Of a stretch of 24,000 nt of DNA, positions 18,680 through 24,000 are shown one piece after another (position 1 is the stretch's first letter; the number at the start of each line of letters is the position of its first letter). Position numbers and translations under genes: made by a program. This DNA comes from an uncultured Saprospiraceae bacterium (GTDB taxonomy: Bacteria > Bacteroidota > Bacteroidia > Chitinophagales > Saprospiraceae), in assembly GCA_964589705.1 (NCBI GenBank), contig CAZPUF010000006.1, positions 1-24,000 on the forward strand, given 5' to 3'. The notes below the pieces were generated by a model. That model had not been told where the DNA came from. It searched no databases and was given only the letters and a program-made list of their open reading frames with translations.

Positions 18680-20053
18680 ATGGCAGCTAAAAGAACATCA
18701 ACTAAAAAACAGACGACCAAATCCGCAAAACGTGGAAAGAAGACCATGAAAGGATTGGCCACCAAACCAGTTGGCAAACTCGGCATATTGACGCCAGGAA
18801 TGGGTGCGGTAGCAACAACTTTTATAGCTGGTGTGATGGCAATCAATAAAGGCTTAGCAAATCCAGTAGGCTCATTGACTCAGATGGGGCGAATAAGAAT
18901 CGGAAAGAGAACAAAGAAGAAGATACCGATGATTAGTGATGTAGTCCCATTACAAGATTTGGGTAAGGTTGCATTTGGAGGATGGGATATCTTCAAAGAC
19001 AATATGTACGAAGCTGCAGTCCATGCAGATGTACTTGACAAAGCACTTCTAGATAAGCTAAAAACTCCTCTATCCAAGATTAAACCTATGAAGGCTGTCT
19101 TTGATAAGAGTTATGTAAAGAAGCTTAATGGGACCCATGTCAAGAAAGCCAAAACCAAAATGGATCTTGCAAAGGCAGTTATGGCTGATATTAGAAGATT
19201 CAAGAAGGCCAATAATTGTAATCGTCTTGTAATGGTCTGGTGTGGTTCTACCGAAATATATATAGAAGAATCTTCTGTGCATAAAACCATAGAAGCTTTC
19301 GAAAAAGGGCTAATGAAGAACAGCAAGCATATCGCACCTAGTATGATATATGCTTATGCGGCAATAAAGATGGGTATACCTTATGCAAATGGCGCACCTA
19401 ATCTTTCATGTGATGTGCCTGCCTTAGTAGACTTAGCTAAGAAGACTGGAACCCCAATTGCTGGAAAGGATTTCAAAACAGGACAAACCCTAATGAAGAC
19501 TATCTTGGCTCCAGGATTTAAAGCAAGAGCCCTAGGAATCGAAGGTTGGTTCTCTACAAACATATTAGGCAACAGGGATGGAGAAGTCTTAGATGATCCA
19601 GATAATTTTAAAACTAAAGAAGTATCTAAACTGGGTGTATTAGAGCAGATTCTCGAACCAAAATTATACCCTGAACTTTACAAAGATTTTTATCATAAGG
19701 TAAGAATCAATTACTATCCACCTAGAGGTGACAACAAAGAAGGATGGGATAATATAGATATCAAAGGATGGCTGGACTATCCTATGCAGATTAAAGTAGA
19801 TTTCCTTTGTCGTGATTCCATTCTTGCGGCGCCAATTGTCCTTGACTTAGCTATATTTTTAGATTTGGCTAAAAGATCAGGCATGTCAGGCATACAAGAG
19901 TGGTTATCCTTCTATCTCAAATCCCCTCAGGCACCTGCAGGAAGATTCCCAATTCATGACATCTTTAAGCAATTAGCAAAATTGGAAAATACACTTCGAT
20001 ATATCGGTGGTCATGATTTACTTGATTACCTAGGACAAGATTATGAAGCTTAA
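18680..20053 (+). CDS. ino1: myo-Inositol-1(3)-phosphate synthase
   Basis: GKLGILTPGMGAVATTFIAGVMAINKG, GSLTQMGRIRIGKR, NRLVMVWCGSTEIY, NGAPNLSCDVPALVDLAKKTGTPIAGKDFKTGQTLMKTILAPG, LGIEGWFSTNILGNRDG, VDFLCRDSILAAPIVLDL. Confidence 0.93.
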   Translation: MAAKRTSTKKQTTKSAKRGKKTMKGLATKPVGKLGILTPGMGAVATTFIAGVMAINKGLANPVGSLTQMGRIRIGKRTKKKIPMISDVVPLQDLGKVAFGGWDIFKDNMYEAAVHADVLDKALLDKLKTPLSKIKPMKAVFDKSYVKKLNGTHVKKAKTKMDLAKAVMADIRRFKKANNCNRLVMVWCGSTEIYIEESSVHKTIEAFEKGLMKNSKHIAPSMIYAYAAIKMGIPYANGAPNLSCDVPALVDLAKKTGTPIAGKDFKTGQTLMKTILAPGFKARALGIEGWFSTNILGNRDGEVLDDPDNFKTKEVSKLGVLEQILEPKLYPELYKDFYHKVRINYYPPRGDNKEGWDNIDIKGWLDYPMQIKVDFLCRDSILAAPIVLDLAIFLDLAKRSGMSGIQEWLSFYLKSPQAPAGRFPIHDIFKQLAKLENTLRYIGGHDLLDYLGQDYEA

Positions 20054-20056
20054 TAG

Positions 20057-20524
20057 ATGATTAAGTTTCACAAAGCCATAGCGACAGTTATAGGCTTAGG
20101 ATATGCGCCTATTGCACCTGGAACCTTCGGTACAATAGGCGCTGTCATTTTCCTTTACTTAGTCTATTTTTTTGGCATATCACTCTCCTCAGCTGTCCTG
20201 ATTGGCATCATAATAATCTCAGCTTTGGTTGGAATATGGAGTACAGATCAAGTTATTCCTGAATGGGGAGATGACCCTTCTAAAGTGGTAATAGATGAGT
20301 TTGTTGGTTATCTCGTCACAATGTTATTTGTTCCGATTCAACCCAAATATATACTAGTAGCATTTATACTATTTCGCTTTTTTGACATTCTTAAGCCACT
20401 TGGTATTAGATACCTTGATAAGAACATAAAGGGTGGAACAGGAGTTATGCTAGATGATGTGCTTGCAGGTATATATGCTTGTGGATGCTTGCATCTAATA
20501 ATTAGATTTGTACCATCATTCTAA
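20057..20524 (+). CDS. PgpA-family phosphatidylglycerophosphatase-like protein, candidate phosphatidylinositol-phosphate phosphatase
   Basis: IGLGYAPIAPGTFGTIGAV, WGDDPSKVVIDEFVGYLVTML, ILFRFFDILKPLGIRYLDKNIKGGTGVMLDDVLAGIYA. Confidence 0.88.
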   Translation: MIKFHKAIATVIGLGYAPIAPGTFGTIGAVIFLYLVYFFGISLSSAVLIGIIIISALVGIWSTDQVIPEWGDDPSKVVIDEFVGYLVTMLFVPIQPKYILVAFILFRFFDILKPLGIRYLDKNIKGGTGVMLDDVLAGIYACGCLHLIIRFVPSF

Positions 20525-20533
20525 TCGACTGTC

Positions 20534-20932
20534 ATGACTACCTCACCTAAGGTCCCATTCTGGCAGTCCCTTATCAAATCTCAGTTGGGTTCATTTCTAG
20601 CCACTGTCTTTGATTTCAGTAGTCTTTATATCTTGACCGAGTTTGTTGGAATATACTATGTAGCCTCAGCTGGCATTGCTAGTGGCATAGGGGCGGTGGT
20701 TGGATTTCTGGTGCAGAGATATTGGGCATTCAAACGAACTGAAAAAAATTGGAAATGGCAAGCTGTGAAATATGGATTAGTCAGTCTACTTATTCTGCTG
20801 CTCAATGTGATAGGAATATATCTCTTTACTGAGATGTTGGAATTTCAATATATGATATCCAAAATTATAATTGCTTTCCTTATTGGTATCTTCGTTTCCT
20901 TTCCGCTATTCAGGTACTTCGTATATAATTAG
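20534..20932 (+). CDS. GtrA family membrane protein
   Basis: Four predicted TM segments; FLATVFDFSSLYILTEFVGI, GFLVQRYWAFKRTEKNWKWQAVKYGLVSL, SFPLFRYFVYN. Confidence 0.8.
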   Translation: MTTSPKVPFWQSLIKSQLGSFLATVFDFSSLYILTEFVGIYYVASAGIASGIGAVVGFLVQRYWAFKRTEKNWKWQAVKYGLVSLLILLLNVIGIYLFTEMLEFQYMISKIIIAFLIGIFVSFPLFRYFVYN

Positions 20933-20938
20933 TAGAAG

Positions 20939-21952
20939 ATGGAATCTGGAAATCTAATAGGAGGAGACAAAATTAGCATTGTCATGCCAGTTAGGAATGG
21001 ATTACCATATCTAGAAGATTGCTTACAATCAATTTTATCTCAAACTTGGACTGACTGGGAATTAATCATAGTCAATGACCATAGTACAGACAACACCCTT
21101 ACTCTACTACAGGAGATATCATTAAGAGACCAACGTATCCAATGGTACAATAATGAAGAAATTGGAATTACTCCAGCGCTTATCAAGGCAAGCACTTATT
21201 GCACAGGAAATATGATTTCCAGGATGGACGCCGATGATATAATGCCTATAGATAAGTTGGAAAACCTACATCAGCTATTAAAAAATGAAGAACAGGGTAC
21301 CGTAGTAACAGGGATGGTCAAGTACTTTTCTTCAGAAAATTTGGGAGAGGGGTATCGAAAATATGAGGCATGGCTTAATAACTTATCTTCTAAGCAAATA
21401 CATTACAGCGAGATCTATAAGGAATGCTGCGTCGCTTCAGCCAACTGGTTGATGTACATGGATGACTTCGAAAGGTGTGGTGGATTCAATGTCAAAATGT
21501 ATCCTGAAGATTATAGTTTGGTTTTTGAGTGGCGGCGAATGGGCTACAAAATTTTAGCGACCAAACATATAACACATTTATGGAGGGACCACTTAATGAG
21601 AGCTTCGCGAAATGATGACAATTACAAGAACAATACATTCGCACCACTCAAAGTCAGTTACTTTCTAGACCAAGATTGGAATAAGAATAAACAATTGATC
21701 CTATGGGGCGCAGGACCTAAAGGCAAACTAATTGCCAAACAACTAGTCAAAAGAAACATCCTCTTCAGGTGGATATGTAATAACCCTAATAAAATTGGGC
21801 AAAACATTTATAACGTAGAGTTGGAAACAGTTGATATTCTAAAAGCAATACCAAGTAGTCAAGTCATTGTTGCTGTCAGTCAAAGAAAAACAAAAGAAAC
21901 TATTTTAAACACCTTGGAAAATCATAACCATCAAAGCTTCTTCTTTTGCTAA
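20939..21952 (+). CDS. Family 2 glycosyltransferase with C-terminal Rossmann-like module
   Basis: ISIVMPVRNGLPYLEDCLQSILSQTWTDWELIIVNDHSTDNT and SRMDADDIM, followed by LILWGAGPKGKLIAKQLVKRNI at the C-terminus. Confidence 0.85.
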   Translation: MESGNLIGGDKISIVMPVRNGLPYLEDCLQSILSQTWTDWELIIVNDHSTDNTLTLLQEISLRDQRIQWYNNEEIGITPALIKASTYCTGNMISRMDADDIMPIDKLENLHQLLKNEEQGTVVTGMVKYFSSENLGEGYRKYEAWLNNLSSKQIHYSEIYKECCVASANWLMYMDDFERCGGFNVKMYPEDYSLVFEWRRMGYKILATKHITHLWRDHLMRASRNDDNYKNNTFAPLKVSYFLDQDWNKNKQLILWGAGPKGKLIAKQLVKRNILFRWICNNPNKIGQNIYNVELETVDILKAIPSSQVIVAVSQRKTKETILNTLENHNHQSFFFC

Positions 21953-22989
21953 TTCTCTTCCTCAAAGAATAACTTATAATATTTTTGTCCAAATTCGTCC
22001 TCCCCTCTCTCAATTTTTGTTCGATCTCCATGTACATAGATGTGAAAATTCTTATCAAGCTTAATGACTGACTTAAATACTTTATTCTTCTTTTTGACTG
22101 CGGCCTCTGAAATGTCAAATTGTGGTTGTAAACCAAAACCTCCATTGAATTGGACTTCACGCTTAAATTCTCCGAAATCATCTACATGTTCTGTCCCCAG
22201 TACCTCTTCTAAGTATTCTTGTTCACTAAACACTTCTCTACCCTTAAAGTAACTTTCGGATGCATTCATCACTGCGATTTCGTCTCCTTTGTCAAAGTCG
22301 TCTGACATCTTTCGCTTTCCTTCTACGTAGTCTTTTGTCAGTTGGATATAATGTTTGGTAAACTGATAATCATCTTCCCTTTCTACAACATTCAAAAAAT
22401 CCTTTGTCCAATAATTTGCTTCAGAAGAACTAGCTTTGTCTATGATACATATCTTGTATCCACTCATTGAATCCGTGTTGAAAATCAAACAACCTTTATC
22501 CAATGTATTAGCAGCTAAGCCTTTCAAAGTGTCTACATTATAATTTTCCTTGTTTTCTATGAGTTGAAGAAAATTGGAAACTGTCTCAGCCTTAAAGATG
22601 CCAACTGCATCTAACATTTCGTCTTCCAATAATAAATCCTTGAAATGGCACATAATGAGTTCTCCTTGCCTAATGTTTGGATGATTCGAATGGAAATATA
22701 AGTATTGGGCAATTTTCTGAGAAATTGGATGGAGCAATGACTGATTGTCAAAAATCTCTCTAGCATACTTATATATTGGATTCTCATCTAAGTCTCCAGA
22801 AGAAAAATGAAACTTGTAAAAAGCAGGTTCTTTAAAGCCACTCAGCAAATACTTGAGCATCAGCTCTTTTGCTAGATCATCCTCAATTGTTACTGGATTA
22901 TTTTTAGTCCTTACTTGGCTTTCATCCTCAACTTTGGCAATGTGATGAATAGAGTATGGAGTAGCCTGAGCACTTATATAGTTAACCAT
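21949..22989 (-). CDS. Nucleoid-associated protein, NdpA/YejK-like family
   Basis: 346 aa; KEPAFYKFHFSSG...NPIYKYAREIF...GELIMCHFKDLLLEDEMLDAVGIFKAE resembles Bacteroidota NdpA-like proteins. Confidence 0.65.
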   Translation of the reverse strand: MVNYISAQATPYSIHHIAKVEDESQVRTKNNPVTIEDDLAKELMLKYLLSGFKEPAFYKFHFSSGDLDENPIYKYAREIFDNQSLLHPISQKIAQYLYFHSNHPNIRQGELIMCHFKDLLLEDEMLDAVGIFKAETVSNFLQLIENKENYNVDTLKGLAANTLDKGCLIFNTDSMSGYKICIIDKASSSEANYWTKDFLNVVEREDDYQFTKHYIQLTKDYVEGKRKMSDDFDKGDEIAVMNASESYFKGREVFSEQEYLEEVLGTEHVDDFGEFKREVQFNGGFGLQPQFDISEAAVKKKNKVFKSVIKLDKNFHIYVHGDRTKIERGEDEFGQKYYKLFFEEEN

Positions 22990-23093
22990 AGTTTTTTAAG
23001 CTTAGATTGAATTATAAGCGAAACTAGTAACTACGTACAGATTGAATTAAAATACTTTTCCACAGTCTATGAAAAACCGCGTTTGAGCTAAAC

Positions 23094-23579
23094 TCAAGAA
23101 ACCTCAGTATCTACAAAGGGAATATCATTAAGCATAGGCAAATCGATCAATTTATCCTCTTCTTTACCTACACTGAGAAATCCCAAAAAGCCTCCTGATG
23201 CTTTTGCTACGTGTTTTGCAAAAGAACGGTAACTCTTTAAAAGTAGATGTCCCAAATTATTATCTAGTATTGGAAGTATGTTATTGAGCTTGGACAACTG
23301 ACGTATTAATAATTCCTGTCTGTCATTTGTACCTGCAGGCAATTGATCTAATAGATTATTCAAGATTGAAGAAAAGTCTTTCCCCACTTCTTCATAGAAA
23401 GGCGTAAGTTCATTGGGATTATGATAAGATCTGATATGAGCGATTTTCTTAGCCCACTCCGTTTCTTCCTTTTCAATTTCTCCATCAGCACCTGCAATCA
23501 AGATTGTAATCCAAGTGATTGCCTTTTTCGTTACATCAAATTGCTCTTCACTGAGCATCTCAAATCCTTGTATCATCAT
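23094..23579 (-). CDS. TerB-like helical protein
   Basis: KAITWITILIAGADGEIEKEETEWAKKI is typical of TerB-like domains; the remainder is helical. Confidence 0.5.
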   Translation of the reverse strand: MMIQGFEMLSEEQFDVTKKAITWITILIAGADGEIEKEETEWAKKIAHIRSYHNPNELTPFYEEVGKDFSSILNNLLDQLPAGTNDRQELLIRQLSKLNNILPILDNNLGHLLLKSYRSFAKHVAKASGGFLGFLSVGKEEDKLIDLPMLNDIPFVDTEVS

Positions 23580-23659
23580 CTAAAATTATTCTTCATAGGA
23601 GGTCAATATATACCACTGTGCATTAAAACGAAAAACTTTAAACTTGGTTGAAAAACCAA

Positions 23660-24000
23660 TTAATAATTAAATCTTAAAGCGATTGATGGTATAATTGGTA
23701 ACTGGTCTACCCTTTCGAATCTGATTCTATCAAAGAAGAAGATATTGTTACGGTCATAAACATTTGTTATACTAGCTACTACTTCCAAATTGGCTTTATT
23801 AGACAGATGAAACGTCTTCTGAGCAGATGCATCTAGTCTATGATAGTATGGAAGTCTCCCTCCATTTCTTGTATCTGAAAATATGATACCGATATTGTCA
23901 GGATTATCTGTTTCATAAGTTGTGGATACACCAGGTTCAAATTGATTCAGGTTATAAAAACCTCTAGTTTCTGTAAAAGGAAAGCCACTTCCCAAATTCC
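23660..24000 (-). CDS. TonB-dependent receptor, C-terminal fragment (gene continues past the right edge)
   Basis: LPYYHRLDASAQKTFHLSNKANLEVVASITNVYDRNNIFFFDRIRFERVDQLPIIPSIALRFNY: beta-barrel C-terminus ending in an aromatic residue. Confidence 0.85.
   Translation of the reverse strand, partial: NLGSGFPFTETRGFYNLNQFEPGVSTTYETDNPDNIGIIFSDTRNGGRLPYYHRLDASAQKTFHLSNKANLEVVASITNVYDRNNIFFFDRIRFERVDQLPIIPSIALRFNY

Noticed and set aside
18646-19572. Minus-strand ORFs 18646..18846, 18880..19077, 19070..19282, 19111..19326 and 19381..19572
   Set aside because: All are antisense to the highly conserved inositol-phosphate synthase gene.
1-24000. CRISPR array, transposon, phage or classical defence island
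   Set aside because: I saw no regularly spaced direct repeats, terminal inverted repeats, transposase/integrase motifs or nuclease/helicase defence modules in any frame read.

Overview
AT-rich chromosomal window from a Bacteroidota-like genome; taxon is inferred from gene content. The left part is ordinary genome: valS (5' part, minus strand), an ECF sigma factor with an anti-sigma-like partner, a FemAB/GNAT-like protein, a two-gene ArsS-type radical SAM operon, a DUF6438-like lipoprotein, a LysM protein, a cystathionine beta-synthase-like enzyme, an EGF-repeat lipoprotein, an RlmL-like methyltransferase, bshB1 and fabH. The main signal is a tightly packed plus-strand run of 10 genes (about 13097-21952). 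By protein similarity it reads as a nearly complete inositol-phosphoceramide (inositol sphingolipid) pathway. In order: CDP-alcohol phosphatidyltransferase, a DUF4833-like unknown, an AUR1/PAP2-type enzyme, a serine-palmitoyltransferase-like enzyme, a GNAT-fold candidate ceramide synthase, a CerR-like NAD-dependent reductase, myo-inositol-phosphate synthase, a PgpA-type phosphatase, GtrA, and a GT2 glycosyltransferase with an unusual C-terminal Rossmann-like module. The individual enzyme steps are known in Bacteroidota and Caulobacter. What is worth following up is that they are all in one operon, together with an unknown protein and a possible headgroup glycosylation/flipping pair. The right edge holds an NdpA-like gene, a TerB-like gene and the 3' end of a TonB-dependent receptor gene. 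I saw no CRISPR array, tRNA, rRNA or transposon. All family assignments come from reading the sequence by eye, without any database search.
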